Origin: Candidatus Thorarchaeota archaeon
GTDB taxonomy: Archaea > Asgardarchaeota > Thorarchaeia > Thorarchaeales > Thorarchaeaceae
DNA length: 64,000 nucleotides
NCBI GenBank assembly: GCA_019057475.1
Contig: DXJO01000006.1
Span: 1 to 64,000, forward strand
Reading direction: 5' to 3'
This document shows, piece after piece, positions 9,460 to 19,255 of the stretch. Under the pieces are notes generated by a model that saw nothing but the letters and a program-made list of their open reading frames with translations, was not told the origin of the DNA and did no database searches. Both the position numbers and the translations under genes were made by a program. Numbering within the stretch: the stretch's first letter is position 1; every line of letters begins with the position of its first letter.

Positions 9460-10227
9460 TCATTTTTGAGCGGACGCAATAACTCTCTCTAGGAACGGAG
9501 GGATGTGTGAATAAGCAATGCTTCTAGTGGGATGACAGGGTATGACATGTTCTGCCCCCTCAATCATGTGAATCTCCTTGATATCTGAGGATATGCCATC
9601 GTACACAATGCGTGCATTCTTGGGGGAGATGGTTTTATCATCCGTCCCTTGCATAATGAGCGCGGGCACCGCTACCTTATGCATAACGTTTCGCACGTCC
9701 TTTGTCATCTTGAGAAACTCTGAATATGCACTTAGCGGCTCCTTGGCATACTTGGTTCTTTGCAAGTCATAGCCATGGGTTTTCTGTATCTTCTCTAGGT
9801 CAACAGATTTGAACTTCATGAACAACTTCAGAATTGGAAGAAGCTTTGCAGCTGTTGAGAAGATGCGGACAGCTGGTGAGATCAGAACAATGCCGTCAAT
9901 GTCATCTTCTCTCGAGGCAAGCTGTAGAGTCAATGCTCCACCCATAGAGAACCCTGCAACGAACAGATGCTTCGGATTCCAAGACTTCACTACATCAAGT
10001 CCATCGGATGCCGCTTTGAACCAATCATGTCGAGACTTCTTCGACAAGTCCTCTGGACTGGTTTCGTGTCCTGCAATCCTTACTGCATAGGATGATATGC
10101 CTTTCTCTGCTAAGAACTGCCCGAGACTGGCAATTTCATCAGGTGCAGCGCAGAAGCCATGAACAAGCAGAAAAGCCACGTTGGCGCCATCCGGGCGAAG
10201 TGCAACTCCGTGTTCCGGCTGATTCAA
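9460..10227 (-). CDS. Alpha/beta hydrolase (carboxylesterase / monoacylglycerol lipase-like)
   Basis: LLVHGF, GFSMGG nucleophile elbow, QGTDDKTI, AEHV. Confidence 0.9.
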   Translation of the reverse strand: MNQPEHGVALRPDGANVAFLLVHGFCAAPDEIASLGQFLAEKGISSYAVRIAGHETSPEDLSKKSRHDWFKAASDGLDVVKSWNPKHLFVAGFSMGGALTLQLASREDDIDGIVLISPAVRIFSTAAKLLPILKLFMKFKSVDLEKIQKTHGYDLQRTKYAKEPLSAYSEFLKMTKDVRNVMHKVAVPALIMQGTDDKTISPKNARIVYDGISSDIKEIHMIEGAEHVIPCHPTRSIAYSHIPPFLERVIASAQK

Positions 10228-10266
10228 CGTTGTTTCCAGCCTTTTCAGGGTTTCTTTTTCATATTG

Positions 10267-12252
10267 CTAAGCTTTCATGATAGCTTCTTTGCGAGATACG
10301 AATTTGAAGCCTTGTTTCAGCATCCCCAGCCTGACGCCAGCTATCAACCACGAAAAAGTGAAGAGTATCTCAAGACTTACCACAAGCACCACGAGCAAAG
10401 TAAGCACTGCTGCAATATCAAAGATAGATGGAAACACGGAAAAGACGCCCAACACTACGACTGCAGTGATTGCGCCAAGCAGTACTCCCACTATCGCAAT
10501 TATCCTCATTAGCTGCCCTTCCAACTCATGTCCTGCATTTTCAACTTCCCTAGCAAGACTAAGGATTAGCGAGAGGACAAGCATGAAAGTGATGGCATAA
10601 AACGCCCACAGCATTGCTGCAGCTGTGTTTGCCATGTGTACTACTCCCACGGCTAATGAGGACATCGGGATGGTTAATGCAAAAATTAAGCTGAACGAAC
10701 CAAGCATCCCGACCATACCCATCTCCTTGCCATGAGCATACCCAGCTATCACTACATTCTTTGTTAGCAAAATAGCCATGGGTAACATTAGAATCGTGGC
10801 TGCTTGAACGTATGGATCAACTCCGGGGAACAACGTAATGTTGAACCATCTATGGGTTGGCCATACTGCAGCTGGACCACTCCCAGTGCCGCCAACCATG
10901 AATAGCGCAAACGTGATGGAGCTTATAATACTCACAACAACCGTTAGGAATCCTTGTGAAAATGATGTGAGGCCTCTGATTTTAGTTTCAATCATCAATA
11001 GTGCTTGTGTAATAAGAATGGCAATCCACGGAATTACGATAAAGCCAGATAGCACATATGGATGGACCATTATGCTTGCGGCAGCAAACATTAGAGGAAG
11101 TCCAACGATGACATCAGTCTTGCCGGCGTATATCGAACCCATGAGGAACAATACTGCAGTTGGACAGGCGACAAGGAATAGTGCATAATTGGGAGCAACC
11201 GTTTGGAGCATGGTTCCTGCTTGACCTGCAGCGAACACTCCAAGTGCCGCAGCGGATAGCATAAGCCACTTGGTGCCGCCCTTAATGACATCAGCGCCTA
11301 TGTGTGCAGCACGAAGCTCTCTAGCTCCGAGTCGAGGTGCCAGCATGACCCAGAACATCATTGAAAGACAGAGCGCATAGACAAATGCCGGATCCGTTAC
11401 ATATGTGGTAGCATCAGCCATCGTGCTCCACGGGCGCCAGATCTCAGTGGATGTCGATTCAGCTAGAGAGAAAGCTCCGAAGACGATTGCAGCGGTGCCA
11501 ACGATAATTGTAAGCAGACCGGTAATCCCGAACGCGAACTTTGCAGTTTCAGAGCTCCGCGCATACTCTCTTATGGATGCTATTGGGGACCACCAGAATT
11601 TCACGACCATTAACTGTCCAATGAGTAGCATCACGTAAGCAGCGGTAGTCACAATCACGGCAAAAGACGCAACCTCTGGGTTTGCGATTGAGTAGTTGTG
11701 AATCCCCATTCCAATGGCCAGTACTGGAATCCAGAATGCATTCAAGATTCCTGCAAGAAGCCCAGTGTACGTCTTCGTCGAGTCCACGTAGACAATTGAC
11801 CAAAGCTGCCACAGAATGGCGAAGATTGAGCCAAGTGCAGCGAGATTAATCACGTAGGATGCAACCTGTCCTGGAAGGTTCCACAGCTCGCCCCCTACAG
11901 GTATGAGAATCACAAGAGGAATGCCGACCAAGAATGTCAACAGGAGTACTGTCGGATATCCAGATTCAAGACGCCTTCTTAAAGATCCAGAACCTATGAG
12001 CTGGACAAATAGTGAAATAACTAGGAGTGCAACGAAGGCTGTCGAAGTCCAGTAGTAAATCGGATTCTTCAGAGTGAGTGCTCCGATTGAAGGAATTGGA
12101 AGCAGCGCTGTACCGGATATTATACCAAGCCCAGCTGCGGCCATGCCAAGAAACCCTCCAATACCTGCAATCTTGCTGAGCTGTCCTGATGATTGCATTG
12201 GCGGCGGAGGAGTTCTAGATACAATACGTTCTGTTGATTCTGTCTGTGCCAT
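10267..12252 (-). CDS. Large polytopic membrane protein of unknown function
   Basis: 661 aa, almost entirely hydrophobic helices. Confidence 0.8.
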   Translation of the reverse strand: MAQTESTERIVSRTPPPPMQSSGQLSKIAGIGGFLGMAAAGLGIISGTALLPIPSIGALTLKNPIYYWTSTAFVALLVISLFVQLIGSGSLRRRLESGYPTVLLLTFLVGIPLVILIPVGGELWNLPGQVASYVINLAALGSIFAILWQLWSIVYVDSTKTYTGLLAGILNAFWIPVLAIGMGIHNYSIANPEVASFAVIVTTAAYVMLLIGQLMVVKFWWSPIASIREYARSSETAKFAFGITGLLTIIVGTAAIVFGAFSLAESTSTEIWRPWSTMADATTYVTDPAFVYALCLSMMFWVMLAPRLGARELRAAHIGADVIKGGTKWLMLSAAALGVFAAGQAGTMLQTVAPNYALFLVACPTAVLFLMGSIYAGKTDVIVGLPLMFAAASIMVHPYVLSGFIVIPWIAILITQALLMIETKIRGLTSFSQGFLTVVVSIISSITFALFMVGGTGSGPAAVWPTHRWFNITLFPGVDPYVQAATILMLPMAILLTKNVVIAGYAHGKEMGMVGMLGSFSLIFALTIPMSSLAVGVVHMANTAAAMLWAFYAITFMLVLSLILSLAREVENAGHELEGQLMRIIAIVGVLLGAITAVVVLGVFSVFPSIFDIAAVLTLLVVLVVSLEILFTFSWLIAGVRLGMLKQGFKFVSRKEAIMKA

Positions 12253-12440
12253 CGATTAGAACCTCATTTGGTGATGGTCATCCCTGTTGGTCGGTTTACC
12301 ATTCTGCGGGGGATAAAAGGATTGCGGAGTGCGTCCGGACCTACAGCTCTGGAATGCAATGGAACAAGCATCTGTCCAGCAAGCTTCTTACCGGTACGTA
12401 AAAAAGGGGACTAACACAACGGGACTCGGTGATGTGTGAA

Positions 12441-12590
12441 TTGTCTCCTGATTTCGAATTTTATGTAAAGGGAAAGAAAATAATGATGAACGAGTTCGTT
12501 GAGAATGTCATACATGACGTGATTATTGCAATTGTATCACATCTTCACGACGTTGACCTCAAGACCATTGAGAAAATTGAGATATCCTAG
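12441..12590 (+). CDS. Small protein resembling the C-terminal domain of MobB (not in ORF track)
   Basis: TTG start after GGTGATG (alternative ATG at 12432): MSPDFEFYVKGKKIMMNEFVENVIHDVIIAIVSHLHDVDLKTIEKIEIS; directly upstream of aor. Confidence 0.6.
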   Translation: MSPDFEFYVKGKKIMMNEFVENVIHDVIIAIVSHLHDVDLKTIEKIEIS

Positions 12591-12631
12591 ATGATTTGGA
12601 TCGATTACGAAAGAGGACGTGAACTAGCAGA

Positions 12632-14452
12632 ATGTCCCCTGATTGTTACAGCGGCCGAGTGCTTTGGATTGACCTAACATCCGAAAGCACAAGAGAAGAG
12701 AACTTGGATTCGTCCATCTATGAGAACTTCATCGGCGGAAAGGGATTAGGCGCCTATCTGCTGTATAAAGAACTTGAAGCAGGCATAGATGCATTGGGTC
12801 CAGACAATGTACTCCTGTTCCTTTCTGGACCCCTTCAGGGACTTCCTGCTCCCAATGTGGGGCGGTGGGCCTTGGTTACCAAGTCACCTCTGACAGGTCT
12901 CTTTCTGGATTCACACAGCGGTGGTGCTCTTGGAAGAGAACTAAAGAAAGCGGGCTATGATGCAGTAGGTATCAAAGGAAGGTCGAAGCGGCCAACGTAC
13001 CTAATCATTGATGACGGTTCGGTAGCATTTGAAGGAGCTGACGACCTTTGGGGAATGGGCGTTCATGCTGCAACTAGAAGCTTACAAGAGAAGAATGCAA
13101 AGGGCTCTTCAGTTTATGTGATTGGTCCTGCAGGGGAAAACCAAGTACTATTCGCAGTCGGCTGTACAGAACTTGCGCATCAAACTGGTCGTGGCGGCGC
13201 TGGGGCTGTGATGGGCTCGAAGAATCTGAAAGCAATGGTCGCACGTGGCACCAAGATGATTGCAGGTGCAGATGTTGACACGATTCGCAAAATCAACAGA
13301 GCCGTAATCAAGGGCTGGAACGCGAAGGTAGACTATGGCTTCAAGGATTATGGTACTGCCTTTCTAGTAGAATTCGCTAACAGCATGGGACATTACCCCA
13401 CACGGAACTCGCAGAACGGCTACTTCGATGAGTATAGACGGATTGATCCCGCAACAATGGAAGAGAAATGGGGGCTTGGAACACACCAGTCGTGTCCTCA
13501 CTGCATTATGAGATGTACGCGAGCCTACAAGACCGAAGCTCCAGACGGAAGCGGAGCTGAGGTTGAGTCAACAGTTGAGTACGAAACATTGGGCCTTCTT
13601 GGGGGCAACATTGGAGTGAGCGATCCCCAAGCCATCCTTAAGATGAATTATCTTTGCGATGATTTGGGTCTCGACACTGTTAGCACTGGCGGAAGCATAG
13701 GCTTCGCAATGGAGGCTTACGAACGTGGGATGCTCTCCGCCACGGGTATCGGCATTCCACTCAGATTTGGTGACGCCGATGCTGCAATTCAGCTCATCAA
13801 GATGATTGCATCCCGTGAAGGATTTGGCAAGACCCTATCCTATGGTGTTCGAGCGGCTTCAATGGAGATAGGGAAAGGAAGCGAGAGCTTTGCAGTCCAT
13901 GTAAAGGGTCTCGAGGTGCCGGCTTGGGACCCGCGCGGAAAGAAAGGCTTAGGGTTGTCTTATGCGACAGCTGAAGTCGGGGCGAGCCATTTGAGAGGTT
14001 GGCCTGCCACCGTTGATCCTCCTTCCGAATCCGCTCTTGATGTCATAGACTCAATGGTGACGGCACGTGACGACAAAGTTCTCACAGACTCCCTTATCGT
14101 CTGCCATTTCACTTACCATCTTCCATTGCCCCATGAACAGAAGATAATACTGCTAAACGCCGCAACAGGCTTCGATTACAATGAGTCGAGCATAAGCTCA
14201 TTCGCTCACAGAGTTGCTACTCTGACTCGAATGTTCAATGTCCGGGAGGGCATATCCCGCAAGGATGATATCTTGCCAGAGAGGTTCTGGGAACCGCAAA
14301 AGCATGGTCCGAGAGAAGGGATGAGCGCATTCGTGGACAAGGCTGATTTCGAAGCCTCGCTGGATAAATTCTATGAGCTCCGTGGTTGGGACAGGAACGG
14401 ACGCCCCACTATCGATACAATCAATACCCTGGGTCTTGAGAGTATCGTATAA
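12632..14452 (+). CDS. aor: Tungsten-type aldehyde:ferredoxin oxidoreductase family protein
   Basis: IGGKGLG, KSPLTG, GRGGAGAVMGSKNLKA, CPHCIMRC, EYET, DDLGLDTVSTG, YELRGWD. Confidence 0.95.
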   Translation: MSPDCYSGRVLWIDLTSESTREENLDSSIYENFIGGKGLGAYLLYKELEAGIDALGPDNVLLFLSGPLQGLPAPNVGRWALVTKSPLTGLFLDSHSGGALGRELKKAGYDAVGIKGRSKRPTYLIIDDGSVAFEGADDLWGMGVHAATRSLQEKNAKGSSVYVIGPAGENQVLFAVGCTELAHQTGRGGAGAVMGSKNLKAMVARGTKMIAGADVDTIRKINRAVIKGWNAKVDYGFKDYGTAFLVEFANSMGHYPTRNSQNGYFDEYRRIDPATMEEKWGLGTHQSCPHCIMRCTRAYKTEAPDGSGAEVESTVEYETLGLLGGNIGVSDPQAILKMNYLCDDLGLDTVSTGGSIGFAMEAYERGMLSATGIGIPLRFGDADAAIQLIKMIASREGFGKTLSYGVRAASMEIGKGSESFAVHVKGLEVPAWDPRGKKGLGLSYATAEVGASHLRGWPATVDPPSESALDVIDSMVTARDDKVLTDSLIVCHFTYHLPLPHEQKIILLNAATGFDYNESSISSFAHRVATLTRMFNVREGISRKDDILPERFWEPQKHGPREGMSAFVDKADFEASLDKFYELRGWDRNGRPTIDTINTLGLESIV

Positions 14453-14629
14453 CAAGTTTCACAGAGTTGGCGAAGGTATACAACTTACTTTTAATACTGA
14501 GATAACGGGAACCATTGAACGAGTTGATGAGGAGGACCTACGATAACCGATAACCCCGGACCGACCAGAAGGCCACACGTACCATTGATTGATGCTGACA
14601 TCACTCCCCGTCTCTCTGATTATTCCAAG

Positions 14630-15835
14630 ATGTCCAATGAGAAGGTGCTTTTTCTCCTCAATAGGGGCACAGGAGTGTCTCCCTATTCTCATCAGTTCAT
14701 GCCGGAGGAGATAGATCCCCAGATACTCTCAGGATTCATTTCAGCCATCACTAGTTTCATGGACGAAGCATCAGGACCAGAGAAGACACATCTTCAAACA
14801 GTCGACAGCTCAGACGCCTCGTTTCTTCTGGTGGGGGGGGATTGGATAATCGGAGTCTTGTCAGTTTCGAGGGAAACAAACGAGGCCCGCAGTAAGCTCC
14901 GGCGGGTTGTTAGGGAGTTTGAGGAACAGTTCTCGTCGCTCAAGAATGCAGATGGCTTCGAGCTCAGTATGTTCAAGGGCTTCGACAGATTCGTGATGGA
15001 TCTTTTCCTATCTGACAGAATATCGGAACGAACGCTTATTCTCAAGGGCTGGGACTGGCCTAAATTCTGTCGTTCGTTTGACGTTCCCAGTGAGAGTATT
15101 AGAGTAAACAAGCTCCTGAATCAAGCCGAAGACAAGCAATCAGTTATGCAGGTAGCTCAGTCACAAGGGTTGAGCTTAGACGAAGCTATTAGCCTCGTGT
15201 CAATTGCATTTTGGAAGAATGCTCTCTATCTAAACTACGTGCCTTCAGACAATGACATACTTGCTCTCTCAGAAGGCTCATCAACAGTTTTGTTCAGGAA
15301 AGAGAACCCCCTTGAGCTATCGCCCGAAACGGTCAGAATTTTGGGCGCCTTGGATGGTCGCAGACCGCTGTCCATATCTTTAAAAATGCTCGGTGGCCAA
15401 GGTGTGGAAAGAGTCCTTCTGGAACTTGGCAGCCTGATCAATAGAGGATACCTTCAGAATATATCACTTGAAAGAAGATTGGTCCTTGTCAACGAGTGCA
15501 TTCTTTCTCAGCTCTTTCAAATTTGTATTCAGGCTATGGGGGCTGGAAAGGCAACTATGAGCCTCTATGCTGCAATTAAGGCAAGGGTTGAAACAAATCC
15601 ATGGACCAGTAGAATCAGACTTGTAGAGGGCGCCATAGGACACAGTGTAATTGATGTGAGCATGACCCCTGCGGATCTAGATGACCTGTCTGCTGCCTTG
15701 GAGCTTCTAACAAACGATCTCGAAAAAGAGCTGGGCAGAGTGTCTGGAAAAAGTAACGCCAAATCGATGCTACTCTCAGTGAGAAAACATTGTCGCGAGA
15801 GTTGGAGACCCCATATCGGAATTGCATTCTTCTGA
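14630..15835 (+). CDS. Longin-like domain protein with winged-helix repeats
   Basis: N-terminus FLLNRGTGVSPYSHQF...DPQILSGFISAITSFMDE typical of Asgard longin-like domains; later ILGALDGRRPL...LINRGYL; start may be 14585. Confidence 0.7.
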   Translation: MSNEKVLFLLNRGTGVSPYSHQFMPEEIDPQILSGFISAITSFMDEASGPEKTHLQTVDSSDASFLLVGGDWIIGVLSVSRETNEARSKLRRVVREFEEQFSSLKNADGFELSMFKGFDRFVMDLFLSDRISERTLILKGWDWPKFCRSFDVPSESIRVNKLLNQAEDKQSVMQVAQSQGLSLDEAISLVSIAFWKNALYLNYVPSDNDILALSEGSSTVLFRKENPLELSPETVRILGALDGRRPLSISLKMLGGQGVERVLLELGSLINRGYLQNISLERRLVLVNECILSQLFQICIQAMGAGKATMSLYAAIKARVETNPWTSRIRLVEGAIGHSVIDVSMTPADLDDLSAALELLTNDLEKELGRVSGKSNAKSMLLSVRKHCRESWRPHIGIAFF

Positions 15836-15837
15836 AA

Positions 15838-17646
15838 TTAGCTACCTGCCGGTTCCTCTTCACAGGACATAAGCAACATATTCGTTACACTTAACCTGAG
15901 CTCATCCTCCGACACGGAGCCGGTTAGCGTCGTTTTGCAGATGCGGATTGTCGGGAGTGCAGGAAGATCCTCCGCGGATAGCCCAGATTCGGGGTCATCG
16001 ATATTGATTACCTCCATAATGAAATGGTTCAAGCCCATCTCGTCCAGAATCCCAAGGAGCGCATTATGAACTGGGCCGCAGAAGATACAATGATCGGACT
16101 TGTAGAAGGTGATGCATGCGGCTTTTCCGCACGGAGTCAGCATTGACTCGCTCCACGCAGGAAGAGAAATAACGAACCTGCATCCTTGTGACTGATCTCC
16201 TATCACTCTGTCCTCGACCCATACTCGTCCGTCAAGGCTGCTTATTGTTTGATCTACTAGGGTTAGTCCCAGTCCTCGTCCAGCCGCCTGCTTACCTTGA
16301 GCTCCAGTTCGTTTGAAGATAGTTTCTTTCATGCTGTCCGGTATTCCAGGGCCTTTGTCAATAAACTCAATATTGACTGCCCTCCCGAAATCATCGAATC
16401 TAGCATTAACTTCAAGCTCGACCTCCTCATGTGGGTCGTACAGAAGTGCGTTATGGATGATGTTGAAGAAGGCGCTCCAGAGATACATATGACCTAAGAC
16501 CTCGAATGCATCATCCTCGATATTCGAAGTAATCTTCAGCGTCTTCGACGGGACATCTCTGCTGGCCTCTGTCACAGCTCGCCTGAAATGAGGATAAAGG
16601 TCGGTTTTTTCTGGTACGGGAGGTGCGTTCTTTATTGCAATTAGCGCACGCATGTTCGCTATCATTCTGGCGGCTCGTCTAACATTCATGGCTGTTTCAT
16701 TAACGGATGACTGAACGTTTGCAGGCAGCTTTACTAGAGAATTAACAAGATCCAGAGTATAAGTTGTGTTTTGATTGACGCTGTTTAGGTCTTGAGTCAT
16801 TACATCGAGATACAGCTCAGCTCGATCTATCGCGCTACTTTCTCTTGCTTCCGCCGCCTTCCTCCTATCGATGTTTAGTGCCATGAAACCTATTTCAGAG
16901 CGCTTTGCCGCATCAGCTGAGAGCGGGTTGGAAGCAATGTTCACCCACACAAAGTGGCCATCTATATGCTGCATTTGTATTTCCACATCTCTCAGTGCCC
17001 TCCCACGAAGTATCTCTCGTATTGCCTGCTGGCCGGAGCATTTCTCATCCTCAGCGATGAACGCCTTGATGTTCAAACCGACCATGTTCTTAGTTTCGTA
17101 TCCAAGCAGCTTCTCAGCTGCCTCATTGGCATCCTGAATAACTCCCTTTGGACTTAGGGTGAAGATGGCTAATGGTGAGGAGTCGTAAAGCCCCCGGAAC
17201 CGAGTTTCTGATTCCTCGGCTGCTTCCTTGAGAGACAAGCTTTTCGTAACATCTCTGATGATTGCTACAACAGCAGGCGAATCGTGGAGTATGAAGTCAT
17301 TGGTGCTTACATCCACGCTGATTAGTTCACCATCTTTTCGCTGAAGCCGTGTATGGAAGTTATCTCGCCCCTTTTTCTCGCCAATGAATGCTTGCAGCTT
17401 CTCCGGGTGATATCGGTGTTCCAGAGGGTCGATAAGCTCATCAATGAACAGCCCTTCTGCGGTTTCACGTTGATACTTTAGCATTTTTGCGAATGCTTCA
17501 TTCGCGAATACTACCTCCTCATCTTGGATGACTGCTATCCCGTCATTAGCCATCTCCAAGATGCCGCGAAGAAGGTCTTCGCTACGCGAGGTCATATCTT
17601 GATCACCAGACGATGGAGAACTGTCGTGTGGGCGCTTCTTCACCAA
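15838..17646 (-). CDS. PAS-PAS sensor histidine-kinase-like protein with C-terminal thioredoxin-like domain; H-box His replaced by Gln
   Basis: Two PAS domains; N box NIIHNALLY, G1 DKGPGIP, G2 GRGLGL; H box reads LDVMTQDLNS; tail CIFCGP...ALPTI. Confidence 0.88.
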   Translation of the reverse strand: MVKKRPHDSSPSSGDQDMTSRSEDLLRGILEMANDGIAVIQDEEVVFANEAFAKMLKYQRETAEGLFIDELIDPLEHRYHPEKLQAFIGEKKGRDNFHTRLQRKDGELISVDVSTNDFILHDSPAVVAIIRDVTKSLSLKEAAEESETRFRGLYDSSPLAIFTLSPKGVIQDANEAAEKLLGYETKNMVGLNIKAFIAEDEKCSGQQAIREILRGRALRDVEIQMQHIDGHFVWVNIASNPLSADAAKRSEIGFMALNIDRRKAAEARESSAIDRAELYLDVMTQDLNSVNQNTTYTLDLVNSLVKLPANVQSSVNETAMNVRRAARMIANMRALIAIKNAPPVPEKTDLYPHFRRAVTEASRDVPSKTLKITSNIEDDAFEVLGHMYLWSAFFNIIHNALLYDPHEEVELEVNARFDDFGRAVNIEFIDKGPGIPDSMKETIFKRTGAQGKQAAGRGLGLTLVDQTISSLDGRVWVEDRVIGDQSQGCRFVISLPAWSESMLTPCGKAACITFYKSDHCIFCGPVHNALLGILDEMGLNHFIMEVINIDDPESGLSAEDLPALPTIRICKTTLTGSVSEDELRLSVTNMLLMSCEEEPAGS

Positions 17647-17763
17647 CTACGAGTACCTCTTTCAGACTATTGTGCAGCGTGGAGGTTGCTGCCAGCAAGA
17701 AAAAAACTTGCCTATTGAAGCTTCTCAGCATGGGCCTAGAGATGATATGGGCATATTGAGCAT

Positions 17764-18210
17764 CTAAAACAATCTTGGTCGGAAATCCTTCCTCAGATGA
17801 ACCTTTTTGTGATTCTCCTTGAAACCGGAGCTAAGGTATATCTGGATTAGGTCAGCTCGTTTTTCGCTCACAATTGTATCAAGAACTCGGAGCCCCTTCT
17901 CCTCGGCAATCTTTGCTATCTTCTGCAACATTCTTGTACCTAGAATGGTTTCCTCCAATTCATCTTCTATTTCGAAGTGCTGAATGTGTCCAACCAAGCC
18001 AATTGATGGATCTTTCCCCACGTCGAGTTTTAGTGATGCTACGATCAACTCCCCTGCAACTGCAACCACGTACATCGTTTCCTTTGGTGCACCTTGGGTC
18101 AGCAGAACATTCCGAGTCGATAGATCGTGGAACCTGATTCCTTCTCTGGAATAGAACTCCTCGAGTGCGGTTCTATCATGTGCTGTTGCGGGACGTACGT
18201 CAATCTCCAT
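17764..18210 (-). CDS. GNAT-fold protein
   Basis: VRPATAHD N-terminus, ILGTRMLQKIAKIAEEKG, IYLSSGF. Confidence 0.7.
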   Translation of the reverse strand: MEIDVRPATAHDRTALEEFYSREGIRFHDLSTRNVLLTQGAPKETMYVVAVAGELIVASLKLDVGKDPSIGLVGHIQHFEIEDELEETILGTRMLQKIAKIAEEKGLRVLDTIVSEKRADLIQIYLSSGFKENHKKVHLRKDFRPRLF

Positions 18211-18493
18211 ATCAGCGGGCTCCTAATGATACTAATGAGATACAATCGTGTTTATAGAAGTACTGTTGTATTGCACAAACCGCTGGGGTCTTCGCAATAG
18301 CCCAAGATGCAGATTTGAATTAGTTTTCCACACTGTAGATTGAGAATCATCTAATCTAAGATGTTCACATGGAGTTCCTGGATGAAAAGAATACCCCGAA
18401 CCCCGATTTCCTTTTCCCCTTATTTTGATTATCTCATTTCTTCTTCTAGTGTTTGCGCCGGCACTGATGCTCTTGCCGCCAGGTTAGCGAAGC

Positions 18494-19249
18494 CTATTTC
18501 TCGATTATATTGTAGATGTCAGTGATGCGCTTCGTAAACTCATTGTCTGGATGCTTCAGTGTCACAACATACCTACTGCCAACCTCGATTAGGAGGGGCA
18601 ATAGAGGTATGATTGTGGCGACCTTTGTCTTGAACTTCCTCTCAACCTCTTTGATAATGGCCTTGTCTTCATAGATGCCTGGTTTCTTGTTTATCACGAT
18701 ATGGATGTCAGGAACCTGCAATTTCCGGGCGACGCTGAGAGTAGCGGCGGTTCCGAGCAAGTCCTGTTCGTCAATCCGTGCTACAACAAAGAGATAATCT
18801 GCTGTTGCCATTGAGAGAAGCGTTTCCCGGTCAAGGCCAGGGTGAGTGTCGATTATTAGGTAATCAAGATCCTTGACTTTGATTACGTCAGAAAAACCTC
18901 TTCTGAGGTCGCTCACTTCATAGCCTTCCCTAAGAATCCGCGTGATGTCGGTTGCTGTCATAGAGCTTGGGATTAGGAATAGTTTGCCCCTCTTGATTCC
19001 AAGTCGTTGTGTCATGTCGATGCATGTGGCGCCGATGTCACACTCGCCTCTCAAGTAAGCATTGAGAGTATGCTTCATCTTCTCTCTGCCCATACCGAAG
19101 ATCACATGTATGCCGGGCGAGGCTAAATCTGTGTCCATGACTGCAACTCTCTTGCCATCAAGAGCCATTATTGCGGCCAAGTTGGCGGCGATATTGGACT
19201 TCCCTGTTCCTCCACGAAAACTATGCATGCTAATGATTTCTCTTGGCAC
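18494..19249 (-). CDS. MinD/ParA-family ATPase
   Basis: Deviant Walker A SFRGGTGKS, VAVMDTD, Walker B LIIDTHPG, VINK. Confidence 0.92.
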   Translation of the reverse strand: MPREIISMHSFRGGTGKSNIAANLAAIMALDGKRVAVMDTDLASPGIHVIFGMGREKMKHTLNAYLRGECDIGATCIDMTQRLGIKRGKLFLIPSSMTATDITRILREGYEVSDLRRGFSDVIKVKDLDYLIIDTHPGLDRETLLSMATADYLFVVARIDEQDLLGTAATLSVARKLQVPDIHIVINKKPGIYEDKAIIKEVERKFKTKVATIIPLLPLLIEVGSRYVVTLKHPDNEFTKRITDIYNIIEK

Positions 19250-19255
19250 TTTATC

